From Malacoraja senta (taxonomy: Eukaryota), in contig JAXLNO010000065.1 in assembly GCA_038087875.1 (NCBI GenBank), positions 310,001-374,000 of the forward strand: a stretch of DNA of 64,000 nucleotides, in the 5' to 3' direction. The notes below the pieces were generated by a model. The model did no database searches. It worked only from the letters and a program-made list of their open reading frames with translations, and was not told the DNA's origin. Positions 12,300-24,854 of this stretch are shown here, piece after piece; the first letter of the stretch is position 1, and the number at the start of each line of letters is the position of its first letter. The position numbers and the translations under genes were made by a program.

Positions 12300-13810
12300 T
12301 CAGAAACGTAACCCTGGTACCCCCTCCCCCCCTCCCCAACAAACACAGCCAGACCCCAGTCTGCAAAGACTGGATCCTTCTACACCCACTCCTCCCCATT
12401 CACCACTTCACACCTACTTAAAGCAAGACTCCAGTCTGAAAAGACTGGACCCTTTCCCACCCAAAATGACACTTCATACCCACTCACAGCCTGACCTCAG
12501 TCTGCAAAGACTGGACCCTTCTACACCCACTCCTCCCCATTCACCACTTCACACTTACTTAAAGCAAGACTCCAGTCTGAAAAGACTGGACTCTTTCCCA
12601 CCCACCGCTCTCCAATCACCACTTCACACCCAATTACCCATCCCCTCCGTGCTGCACAACATCACTTATCCATCATCAACAATAAAAATAGAGGAGGTGG
12701 AGAGACTATTCAGAAGACAGAAAAGCTGGAAATCTCCAGGACCGGACAATGTTTCCCCCTCTACTCCCAAGCTCTGTGCCGAACAACTGGTACCGGTCTA
12801 CACAGGCATTGTCAACCAGTCCCTGCAAGCCTGTACTGTCCCTGCCTGCTTCAAAGTCTCCACTATTGTCCCTATAAGGCAAGGATTACTGATCTTAATG
12901 ACTACAGGTCTGTCGCACTGACCTCTGGCTGCATACTCTCCCCTCTCCTCTACTCTCTCTCCACGATGACTGCACCTCCACTGACTCCTCTTTCAAGCTT
13001 CTCAAGTTTGTAGACGACATAACCCTGATTGGACTGATCCAGGATGGGGAGGAATCTGCCTACAGACAGGTGCCATCGCAACACCCTGGAGCTCAATGTT
13101 CTTAAGACAGTGGAATTGATAGTAGACTTTAGGAGAGCTCCCCCTCCCCTCCCCCACTCACAATCAACAACACCACAGTCACATCTGTGGAGTCTTTTAA
13201 TTTTCTTGGGAACCATCATCTCCAAGGACCTTAAGTGGGGGGCTACCATCGACTCCACAGTCCTGAGGCAGCTAAGGAAGCACAATGATGGTCCAATTCT
13301 ACACGGCCATCGTACAGTCTGTCCTTGCCTTCTTCATCATGGTCTGGTTTGGCTCAACCACCAAGCTTGACACCTGGAGGCTGCAGCGAATCGTCCGATC
13401 AGCTGAGAAGGTTATTGGGTGCAACCTTCCCTCCATTGACGAACTGTGCACTGCAAGGGCCAGGAAGCGAGCAGGTAAGATCATCTCTGGCTCTTCTCAC
13501 CCTGGCCACAAACTCTTTGAATCACTTCCTTCTGGAAGGCGATTCCGGACTGTCAAAGCTGCCACAGCCAGACATAAAAACAGCTTTTTTTCCATGAGTA
13601 GTAGCTCTACTCAATAACCAAAAATCTATAGCCTCCTTTTGCTCTGGCATTTTATTTAATTCACATGGTTAATCAATAATGTTTTATTATCAATGTTTAA
13701 TGTTTTATGTATCATTCCTAACTGTCACTGTATGTCATGTTGTCACTTGTGGGCAGAGCACCAAGGCAAATTCCTTGTATGTGAATTCTTGGCCATTCAT
13801 TCATTCATTA
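12300..13810 (+). mobile_element. Rex1/Babar-like LINE, internally deleted
   Basis: KSPGPDNV, VPACFKVSTIVP, K(F)VDD-like, LELNVLKTVELIVDFRR and HPGHKLFESLPSGRR motifs; (CATT)n tail near 13795. Confidence 0.8.
12350..12640. repeat. About 70/141-bp tandem repeat with four stem-loops inside the LINE
   Basis: CAGTCT-G(C/A)AA-AGACTG recurs at 12356, 12430, 12498 and 12571. Confidence 0.85.
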
Positions 13811-15159
13811 CCACTTTTGCTATTCCAGAAAGCATAGCTCTCCTGCATGACCTACATGGAGGGAGGATGACGACCATTATTCAGAGACCCTGTCTCTTGC
13901 TCAGGACACATTAGTGGACAATGTGGCAGTCAGAGAGCCTTTGGCCACACACACCAAAGCTTGCGGCCTGGATGTGACACTGTTGCAGAGGTCACCCACC
14001 CTCTGTTGTCTTTCCATTTGCCTCCCTGCATTTCCGTGGGTTCCAGCAGATGTGGACTTAATTACAACATTCACTCTGACAAGAACTCACTCCTCTGTGG
14101 AAAACAGAATTTAAAAATCCATGGCAGCCAGGAGAGCCCGGGGTGGTTTTTTAATTGAAAGCTTGAGGGCAGAAGCAGGAATCAGTTACAGAGTTCAGGG
14201 CTTCTCACTGATATTGCAGCCTTTACTGCCCTCATGTGGGTCGAGTGGCAGCATGGCAGCTGCCTGAAATTCCCGACAGGTGAGCGAGTTATTTCTGGCT
14301 GAGTTTGCAACCGTGTTTTAAATAAAGCTTCTCAGTGAACTGGGAGGGAAATGGGGCACTGCTTTTGTATTAGTCTGGGCTTGATTCCTACATTTTATTG
14401 TGTGTCTATGCATAACAATAAAATACACTCACATTCATTCCAGAGACACAAGAGACTGCATTTGCTGGAATCTGGAACAACAAACAAAAAACTGCTGGAG
14501 GAACTCATCAAGCAAGGGCCAAGAAAGTACACTTACACTTCTATTTCCTTTGAGGCTTAGGAAGTTCAGCATGTCCCCAGCAACCCTCACCAACTTCTAC
14601 AGATGCCCAGTAGAAAGCATTTTTCTTGATGCATCACAGCCAGCATAATCAAGGACGAGTCTCACCCCGATCACTCCCTCTTCTCTCCCATCAGGCAAGA
14701 GGTACAGAAGTGTGAAAACGCACACCTCCACATTCAGGGACAGTTTCTTCCCAGCTGTTCTCGGGATTGATCCTGAGCTCTGGTGCTGTCTGTGTAGTGT
14801 TTGCACGTCCTTCCTGCAACCATGTGTGTTTCCCCCTGTTGCTCTGGCTTCCTCCCTCATCCCAAAGACGTGTGGGTCAGTAGATTATTCGGTTAACATG
14901 AATTGCCACTGGTGTGGAAGTGAGTGGCAGAATTTGGGGTAGTTGAGGAGAATAAAAGGGCATTAGTGCAGGATGTGGCTGGTTGACTTCCAGCTTGGGC
15001 GAGATCATTGAGAGCGAGGTATAAAAGAAGCAGAGGGAAGAGTGGGGGCAGCCAGATTGAGAGCGGCTGTGAGGTTGAAGTGTTGGTGTAGAGCTCAAAA
15101 TGTGGGCCTGAGTATGTGTCCGGCTTCAGTGTGGGTTGTGCACTGGGTCCAGGATGTGG

Positions 15160-15450
15160 CATGGTGGCACAGCGGTAGAGTTGCTGCCTTACAGCAGAGA
15201 CCTGGGTTTGATCCTGACCACAGGTGCTGTCTGTACGGAGTTTGTACGTTCTCCCCGTGACTGCGTGGGTTTTCTACGGGTGCTCTGGTTTCCTCCCACA
15301 TTCTAAAAATGTGAAGGTTTGTTGGTGAATTGGCTTCTGTAAATTGTCCCTAGTGTGTGGGGTAGAACTAGTGTATGGGGATTGCCGGACGGCGCAGACT
15401 CAGTGCGCCGAAGGGCCTGTTTCCATACTGTATCTGTAACCTAAACTAAA
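15160..15450 (+). mobile_element. HE1-like SINE, full length
   Basis: Head GGTGGCACAGCGGTAGAGTTGCTGCC, V-domain and tail. Confidence 0.85.
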
Positions 15451-16190
15451 GAGTGATGTGTGGTGATCGGGTAGAGTTTTTTCTCACTTTCTTAGCAGAG
15501 GGCCTGTGGTGTAAAGGATTGGAAGTAGGGATAGTGGTTCACTCCTACAGGATGTGTGATATCAGAGACCTTTCCAGTGTCCTTGATGACTACACCTACG
15601 GAAATGTGTCCAGGTACAGCCCCTGCCACGCCACATAGAGCAGTTGGAGCTGCAGCTAGACTCACTGTGGAGTTTCCAAGATGCAGAACGTGGTCAAGCC
15701 ACGCGTACAGAAAGAAGGGAGATGTGTGCCCATCAGGTAGGGGTGTAGTGTTGAAGGGCAGGCAGGCAATGTTCTCACTGCCTGCCTGCGGTCCGCAAAC
15801 TGATCTACTGTTATGATCCTTAGTTTAGTTTAGAGATGCGGACTGGAAACAGATCCTTGATCACACTGTACAGTAGTTCTCTCCTACACCAAGGGGACAA
15901 TTTACAAAAGCCAATTAACCTACAAACTTGCTCGTCTTTGGAGTGTGGGAGGAAACTAGAGCATAGAATAGTAAGATTAAACGAGAACTTACCAGTTTGA
16001 AGTTTAATCTTTATTTTATGAGGAGTTACGATGAGGGATTACGTGAAGAAGCCCTGCCCGTGCGCATGCGTGTCAATCTTCAAAGCAGCGGTGTGAAATC
16101 ACAGATAACAGCAGTCGAAGTAACATAGTAAGACTTAAAGAAGACTAGAACTACCAGATGACTTTTATGAGGGTTGGGAGCAGAGGGCAT

Positions 16191-16300
16191 GTAATCCCTC
16201 ATCGTAACTCCTCATAAAATAAAGATCAAACTTCAAACTGGTAAGTTCTCGTTTAATCTTACTATTTCACTTCGGAGTCACGTGAGTGATTCCGTGAAGA
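16191..16300. other. DIRS internal complementary region (ICR)
   Basis: 16191-16266 is the reverse complement of the left terminus 15967-16042; 16264-16300 is the reverse complement of the right terminus about 24713-24749. Confidence 0.9.
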
Positions 16301-16878
16301 GTTCAAAGCTCTGTGATTTGAAACGTTTGAAACAAGTTTATTCATGGATAACCCCTTGAGATGGACAGTCATCTCGTTTTCGAGGAGGTCCAACATAGAA
16401 CATACAGCACAAGACATAACATACATAGAGGCTCTCATTGACCCACCTACCCACACACCAATCCCAAAACCCCTCCATCCCCACTTGTTTTATAACAATT
16501 GTTAATTAGCTTTACATATCCAATAATAACAATAGTTATGTGTTACAGCATAATGTTAGTGCATAATACCATATACCACCTATCATACATCGTACGTTAA
16601 TACATACTATCAACATTATTACATAATATATTATTTCATGATATTGTGACATAATACAATATAAGACCTTGTTACACTATGCAATACAATAATACATAAG
16701 TGTAATGGCCATGCATATACAATAGTTATGCCAAATGATCACACTCAGAGCAAGCTAGATAAAGGAGCTCGAAGACTCTAATACTAGAAACAGGTACATG
16801 GTTTTATAAGGAAAGGTAAAAGTGTATTTTTAAATAGACGAAATGAGCTAATAGTTCTTATGGTACTAGGCAGAGTGT

Positions 16879-19570
16879 TCAGTCAGAAGGAGCTTTGAAT
16901 TTAAATGCACGTCTCCCAATTTCTTTGTTAGTTCTTGGAATGAAAAAGAAGGGTTGCTGAATATGTCTTAGTGAATATGAGGGTGTGTATGGTAATAGGT
17001 CTTGTTTTAAATAAGAAGGGTAATTGAGGTGGATGCATTTAAAGATGAACTGGAACCAGTGGTAGCATCTTCGAGCGTGGGGGGATAACCAGTTTAGAGT
17101 TTCGTACATAGAACAGTGGTGAGTTATATATGGACACCTTAAAATAAATCTGCAAAGACTACAATAAACTACATTAAGGGGTTGAAGATGTATATCAAAT
17201 GTATTCTGATAGACAATATCAGCATAATCCAGTGTTGGTAGTAGTAGTTGAGAGACAATTCTTTTTCTCATCTGAAAGGTGAAACAATTTATATGGCGGT
17301 AAAGAATAGCTAGATTACAGCTAAGTTTTTTTGTAATCGTCTTCACTATGCTGCGTAAATGAAAGCGTTGGGTCAAGCCAAATACCAAGATATTTGAAGT
17401 TCAATACTTGTTCTAATGGTGATCCTTCATTAAATGATATAGTCAGATCTACAGAATTACCAAGGCCTTGTCTGGTACCAAATAACATACTGCATGATTT
17501 ATTTTTATTTAAAATTAATTGTTAAATAATAGCCATTTCTGAACAGAAGTAAGATCTGATTGAAGGGTTCTTTCAATTTCAGACTTGTTAGTACTAGATG
17601 TATATAGCACCGCATCATCGGCATATAGTTGTATTTGACAGTCAGAACAGATATTAGGGAGGTCGTTTATGAAAATAGAGAAAAGGAGTGGTCCAAGGAC
17701 GAACCTTGCGGGACCCCCTTCTCAACAATTAAGGAATTGGATTGACTTCCATTAAAGGTGACACATTGGCGTCTGTTATGAAGGTATGAGTTAAACCACA
17801 GTAGATTGTTTTGAGAAAGACCAATAGAGTAAAGTTTATCAAGCAGTAGGTAGTGGTCAACAACATCAAAGGCCTTGGTTAGATCAAAAAAGATGGCACC
17901 GGTGAGTTTACCATCCTCGAAGCAGTGAACACATCGCTGGTAAGTTTTAACAGAGCTGTAGTTGTGGAGTGATTAGGTCTGAACCCAGACTGGCATGGAG
18001 ATAGAATATTGAAAGTTGAGACATAATGTGATAGCTGGTTGAACACTAGTTTCTCGAGGATTTTAGCCACCGAGTTGATAATTGAGATGGGGCGGGTAAT
18101 TGTTTAATATCTTGTGGGTCGCCTCCCTTATGCAGTGGAGTAACATTGGCACACTTCCATGCGGAAGGGAGGGTACAAGTTGAGAAGGACAAATTAAACA
18201 GGTCGCATAGTGGGTACATTAAAATATTAGCTCCTACTTAATGAATTTAGTCTCAATACCAGCTGGTCCAGATCCACAATCATCCTTTAATTCATTAATA
18301 ACATGTTGAACGTCAACAGGTTTAATTTTTTGAAAAGAAAAAGAGCTTCTACATGTAGAGGTAGCTGGAAAGTCACATATAATAGATGAATCAAATACAG
18401 TAGAGCTACATACAGTGGAGAAGTGCTGGTTGAAAGCATTGGATATAACAGCAGGGCCCTGAATGATGTCATTGTTGACCCGAATCTGAGTGCTGATATT
18501 TTGAGTTGATTTATTAAGAACATTATTTAGTCTTTTCCAAAACTTTTTTGGATTATGCATGTCTTCAGAAAGATGTTTTTTTAAATGACTTGATTTAGCA
18601 TTACGTGTTTTTGTCGTACACTGATTCCTTAAGGACCTATATTTTTCCCAATCAGCAGGGTCCTTTGTTTCCCTGAAAGTCTTCCAGACTTTATCCCGCT
18701 CATTAAAAAGGTTGATCAAATCAGCACTAATCCATGGTAAATGTTTTCCCTTAACTTTTATTTCTCTCCAGGGGGCATGCTTATCGATAACTCTTGTGAC
18801 TTCAGTGTATACATAATTCCAGGCATCCTCGACAGTTGGTATAAGTTGAAACCTGTCCCAGTTTATTGCAATCAGGTCATGCATATAATTATCATAATTA
18901 AATTTTCTACATTGTCTAACACGAATATGTTTAGGAGGGAGACGGGAAGGTTTAATCTTCCACACACAGAAAATAGCAGAATGATGGCTAAAGCAATCTG
19001 ACAAAACACCAGATGTTAAGATTCGGTCAGGATGGGTAACAAGAATCCAATCTAATAGTGATGTAGAATTGCCATGAACTCTGGTAGGTTCGTTGATTAA
19101 CTGGGTCAGGTTTATACTTTTAAGCAAGTGTTTGTCGTTAGAAGAGGAGCGATCGAGCCAGTTTTTATTGAAGTCACCAAGAAGCACTAATTCACATGGG
19201 TGTTCAATAGAGGTGAGAGTGGGACTCAGTTGAGTCAGGATGAACAGGGGGGGGTCGATAGATGTTTATTCTCATGAAGTTTTAACCTAATAAAAAGGCT
19301 TTCAAAAAGGAATGAGGTTGCTTTAGGGATGGCAGGTTCAGATATAAAGCAAGTTGACACATAACAAGCCACACCTCCAGCTCTCGTAGGCCTATCTGCT
19401 CTATATAATACAAAATTATCAATATGAATATCATTGTCACAAATTTCACTATGTAACCATGTTTCTGAACATGTTATTATGTCAGGTTTATTCTGTGCAA
19501 TCCAAACTCTAATTAAATCTTTCTTTGGAAGAAGACTCCTAATGTTCAAATGGATGATTTTTAGACCTTT
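16879..19570 (-). pseudogene. LINE ORF2 (APE endonuclease + reverse transcriptase), frameshifted
   Basis: ORFs 19235-19549, 18234-19187, 17879-18070 and 16879-17388 are consecutive pieces of one ORF2. Confidence 0.85.
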
Positions 19571-20154
19571 AGCTGTATCAATTGTGGATCAATTGGGTGT
19601 AGATAAGGTCGGGGGAGTGAGGCAGGGAAATAGCATGAGAAAGGGGACGAGAGAGCCACATACACAGATTGACACAGACACACACACACAAAAGACAGGA
19701 CAGACAAAGCACACAAGATCAGGCTGCGTCATTGAGAGAGAGAGAGAGAGAAAAAGAAGAAAAAAGCGAGCATACACACCTCAGTCTGCATAGCTCATAT
19801 TTATGCTAAAAGATCAAAGTATGAGGTCCTGGACAATTTATGTTTAAATTAATGGGGCATTATGAAGCCCAAAATAACAACTCTTAGTTTTACGACGTTT
19901 TACGGCAATTGCGACACTTTTTACGGCAACAGTAGTAAAGCAGCATCAATCATAACAACTCTCATCCCAGCTACAACTTTGCAAATAAGACAGAAAAATC
20001 AATGCTGGTCCAGCGGTTATATAATTACAAGAGGAGCCGCCGGCATCATTTTATCAAAATCAAGAAAAATACAACCAAAAAACAGCTAAACACAAAGTTC
20101 ATAGGCAAACAACATTATTGTGCTAACGCTATCACCAACCACTGGCCACCAACA

Positions 20155-20652
20155 TTAGGCTGTTATATCAGAGTCCATGGAGGAGTTAATGGAGGAGAGC
20201 TCACCAAAAAATGTCTCAACTTCATCAGGAGTGCGAAAGAACTGTGTCTTGCCAGCGTGAACAACTCTCAGTGTGCAGGGAAAGATCAATGCGTATTTAA
20301 TGTCACGGTCGCGTAGCTTCTTCTTAGCCGCATCATACTCCCGGCGTCTCTGGACAAGACCAGCGCTGAAGTCCGGGTAGACATGAACCCGAGCTCCGTT
20401 GTAATCAAGGGGCACATTTTTCTCCCGGGAGAGCTTCATTATCCTCAGCTGATCCTGGAAATAGTGGAACTTCACCAGGATAGGCCTCGGACCCTTGGCT
20501 CTGGAGTTATCCTTGCGACCAGCACGGTGACAACGCTCAATCACTAGAGGAGTGGGGAAATTCGCTTCACCAAGAAGCTGCGGTATCAGACGGCCCATGA
20601 ATCCGAAGATATCTTTGGACTCGACCCTCTCGGGGATGCCGACGAAACGTAA
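20155..20652 (-). pseudogene. LINE ORF1 C-terminal half, L1-ORF1p/Transposase_22-like RRM + CTD
   Basis: LRFVGIPE upstream of the annotated Met, then IERCHR, PRPILVKF, VYPDFS and Y.LIFPC.LRV. Confidence 0.8.
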
Positions 20653-20859
20653 ATTTCATGCCGTAGATTCAAGATCCCGCGTCTCACTGCATCGATTGAC
20701 TCAGGATGAGTGAATAATCAACAATGCATTATACATGACATTGATTTAAACGTATTAATGGTTTACGTTAATAAAGAAAATCAATAGCAACCCCTCTATC
20801 TCAGGGGAGGCTAAAGTGGACGCAAAACAGAATGAGCAAATAGCCCCGGGTCGGCAATC

Positions 20860-21330
20860 GGCCTACGGTAAAACATGTGTGAAAATCAATTAACTTGACC
20901 ATCCTGTCGCCGCGAGGATATAGTCGATGGGAACGTCCATTGCCCTGGCCGCTGACGTTGATGCCGCCCTGGTGGAATGAGATGTAAAATTGTCAGTGTT
21001 AATACCTGCATAAACCAGAACCTGCTTCAGCCACCTTGAAATAGTCTGAACTGACTTTTTCTTGTGTGGTTGTTCCTGGCTAACAAACAATGCTGATTCC
21101 AAACCTCTTAGGGGTCTGGTGGCCTTGATATAATATAGCAAGTGTGCCCTCACACATAGACGTGAGTCCGTGGGGTATGCCTGAAATATGATCTTAAACC
21201 CTGTCACCCCTGGTCTGCTCTGCTTGTGTAGACCAGAAATGTAAAACGTAATGGCATCTGCAACCACTTCCATCCTATCTAGCCGCAGCTTTTGCAATGT
21301 CTGCACTCGTTGTGCTGATACTAGAGTCAG
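20860..21330 (-). pseudogene. DIRS tyrosine recombinase, C-terminal catalytic part
   Basis: KQSRPG, LCV..HL..YI..T, TISRWLKQVL..AGI, FTSHSTRAASTS and GWS motifs; stop or frameshift before the FY motif. Confidence 0.9.
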
Positions 21331-24300
21331 GACTCAGGAAGTAGCTGGCCCCTGGTGAAGTATTGTTAACACAATGTCAATATCCCATACTGCCTATACT
21401 TGTACTGGGAGAACTTGTGTTAAAGATATCGTTTACAAACTCGATATCCAGGGTTGAAACCCGACAGAGTGGGCCCTGTGTGCTGCAGCTAATATGATGG
21501 GAAGGCACGTTTGGCACAGTTAATGGCCCTAAACTCAATTATTGTCAGAAGACCATTTAAGAATGAACTGGAAGACGTCAGTAATCTGTACCGTATTAAA
21601 TGTAACATTAACATTAAACAAACCCGCTTCCCACCTCCTGAATAGGAAATGTACTGCTGTTTTGGTGCTATCGCTGCACCCTGCAGTGAGCACATACATG
21701 GATTGATGTGACAACCTGAGCCGTAGAGCAGTCTATTCAGAATCTGCAAGTCAATAAATTGATTTTATCATGCAGAGGCTGGTTTCCTGAACCACAGTTT
21801 GAACCAGCAAAGTTTTTGTTTTTTAGAATAACCGTATATGTTTGTATTATTATGCCTGACGGAAGCGGGAATCATGGCTGCATAGCCAGTCAGACAGTAC
21901 GAAAAGTAAAGCGAGATCTTGCTGGCTTTATTTCAAGACCCGACTGATGAGGCAAAATGGAGGAAGACATAAAAGAAACTTCCTCCTTCTTGTAGCGAGA
22001 ATGTATCTCTCAACACTGTTATGCCACATATTTTTGTAATCAGTGAATAAGCATGAAACCAACATGTCGATATTCGGTGTTTCATTGAACCATACTTTCA
22101 TAAATACTTTGTGATCCATCACCTATTCTGTGTTGTCATCGACCTGAACTTGATGATACACCAGTGGCAAAGGAGATTTGGTAAATTATTACAGGATACT
22201 TTAACTTGATTGCCATGTGACTAACATATGCCACCACCGTAGTGTCTCAACTTGAAGTTGAGCATGTAGATTATGTATATTCACTCAATAGCCCTTTACC
22301 CATGGGATGCATCTAGTGTCTATAACTAGTTGATACCAAAAACTGAAGATTTGGCAACTCATGCAAATCTCCTCCACCTCCAAACTAGAGATGACATTCG
22401 CAACTTTCCACCTTAGAGCCCTTAGCATCAGTTTGTTAAATAACTGAAATTCGACTGACCAAACTACTGGAGCACTGCTGAATACTGTTTGTTCATCACT
22501 GTGACTTAGGTAGCTTCAGCTGGTTATAGCATAAGCCTGTTAACAATGACCTACGTCATATGAGAGGTTGCTACTTTGCAAGATGTCAGTTCCCAACTTG
22601 CACAGCTGAATCACAGCTACTATATTGCCAATTACTCTTGATGAATAGAATTCAGCTTAATAACATGTTTCTATTAACTCCAATCTCGTGCCACAAGGCA
22701 GAGTCATAGGCCAATTAATAGTTAAAGGTAAATCCCAATGACCAACAAGTCTATTTGGTAACAACTTAAACTGGATGGATGAGCCCAATTTCTCAAATAT
22801 AGTTTGAGGCTGAAACAGGTGATTTTAACAAAATACAGCATTAGAATATCATCCAGTCAAGACATAACAAGTGTTTTCGAACTCTGAGTCCAAACACCGA
22901 TTTTACTAATTAGTTAAATAACCTGGTGAAAAAGTTTATCCCAATTTGCAATGTTTTACTGTTATTAGTACAGTTATCATTACCTTTTGATAATTCCCAA
23001 TGTCTCCGATGATCCCTGTAATGGGAACTGCATAGAATAGATCTTTGACCCTTATGATTCCGTTGTTAGTCAATAAAGACGTTTCCTATTTGGAAAGTTC
23101 ATATGCGAGTTAAACGACATTCTCCATTTTCCATAATGAACAGGCCACTCCTGCCATCATTCCCTGGGTGCTTCGCACGATAACTCTGGCCCGATTTCCG
23201 AGCCTGTCTTGAAAACGACAATTCTGACCCTAATTCCAAACTTGCTTGGAATGCTAGTATTGTGCAGTTTTACACGGTTAGATGCCTCTAAGCAGATGAC
23301 AATGCCTTTATCCTTTGTGTGCTGTACAAACAAGTGTAACTATTACCAACTTGTGAATGGTCCACTTACCCATGTTTCGGAAGTGCCAGACCTACCTTGT
23401 TGAGTAGGACTGGTAGAGTGCGTGGAACCTCTGCCCAGCTGTCATGCTGCCACCAGTTTCAGTGAACCGCTTACTGCCGATGAAGGCCTGGGGTGCGTTC
23501 TGAACCGATGAACCTTTGCCCGCCTTTGGTCTTGATTGGTTCGACAGCTTTTGCTTCGTCCCAGGTTTTTGCTGTTGAATAGACCTTACCTGAATAGAAG
23601 ATTCGGCGGCTGGCTCTCATATCCCCCTGATAACGCTGTTCACTGCCGGCACACATGTACTCCAGTATGTTCCACTGACATCTTTAGAATCTGAAGTCAG
23701 TTACATCTGACCTTTCGCACTCCCCTCCGTAGAGAGGGTGATTCGTAGGTAGCCCTAAACAGGTGCTGCCGCAGGCCCCTGGGATACCTGCGCTGATACG
23801 GCCCCCAAAGGCCCTTTACCAGGATGGAACATTCTGTTGGGAAGGCAAACTTTGTTTTCAGGAAATGATACCTCTGACACGTGCCCTTCATCCCTTGCGG
23901 TATGCCCCACGGCTATACCCTCAGACTCAGCGTCAGAATTACACTGACCCGGCATGCTCTCCTCTTCAAAGAGGGAGACATTAAGCAGCCCTGCCCCAGG
24001 CGCTGCTGGCACGGCCTCTCGTACAGGCCTGCGCTGTCACACATTAAGCAGCCCTGTCCTAGGCCCTGCTGGCGCCGGCACTCCCGTAAGCCGGCGCTGT
24101 GACAGATTCGGCGATGGTCTTTCCCTCCAACAGGGAGACATTAAGCAGCCCTGTCCTAGCAGGCCTGTCCCAAAGGCCCGCGCTTCCAAATTCAATTTTA
24201 GAGTGTGGAGCTTCACCTGTAAAGGGTTAAAATGACAAACAGAATCCTCCAAATACATACTTATGTCCGGAAGGGAATCCTTGCAGCCCGACTCGTCCGA

Positions 24301-24854
24301 GTTCAATAGGGCTGATCGATGTATCGGTGATTTCCCCCATGCCTGGGGACCCCCGAACGACGATATGTTTGTGAGTCGCTGCAGGAAGACAGATACCGCC
24401 TGCCTGCTTGATTTTCCCTCCCCGGGAACACAGCGGGCTGGAAAACACGAACCTGACATCTGCCGACTATCCGCTTTCGCGGTTGGAACCGGGGTTTCCC
24501 CACAGCCCATAGCCGGTTCACTCGCCGGAATTCGCCAATTTCTAGCAGGATACCTCTGTGAAAAGAGGTTCCTGCAAGAAATTCAAAACCCTGGTAAGTG
24601 ATAGAAAACTTACCTGAAGTTTTAAACTTACCGCCGGCAGGAGCAAAGCCCTGCCAGTCCGGTGCTTCGCAATGCGAACAACGATATGACACGCATGCGC
24701 ACGGGCAGGGCTTCTTCACGGAATCACTCACGTGACTCCGAAGTAAAATCATAGTCATACAGCATGGAAACAGGCCCTTTGGCCCAATTTTCCCACACCG
24801 ACCAACAAGTCCCATCTACACTAGTCCCACCTACTTGCATTTGGCCAGTAGACC

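Larger units (their letters stand above)
16320..20652 (-). mobile_element. L2-clade-like LINE nested in the DIRS element, 5'-truncated inside ORF1
   Basis: ORF1 fragment, endonuclease (NIRSL, SETWL, LLGDFN, SLLDWIL, HSAIFC) and RT (QSGFRPNHSTTTAL, DL.KAFDVV, YADDA) in several frames; 3' stem-loop CCCCTTGAGATG...CATCTC; ATTT at both junctions (16316-16319, 20653-20656). Confidence 0.88.
15967..24749 (-). mobile_element. DIRS1-type tyrosine-recombinase retrotransposon (full span, coding region decayed)
   Basis: Perfect 34-bp inverted repeat 16042-16075 / 24687-24720; ICR about 16191-16300 complementary to both termini; YR ORF; degenerate RT (KDLFYAVPI near 23030, LDDI near 22850), RNase H (TDA near 22430) and MT-like (PPF.LISRVL, ORF 21928-22122) remnants; AAT at both ends. 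Confidence 0.92.

Noticed and set aside
20890..21306. Phage integrase or bacterial contamination
   Set aside because: The HSTR-type recombinase lies within a DIRS ITR/ICR structure in vertebrate repeat context.
24037..24815. Overlapping 110-170 aa ORFs as a novel gene
   Set aside because: They lie in the GC-rich 5' region of the DIRS element and show no recognisable motif.
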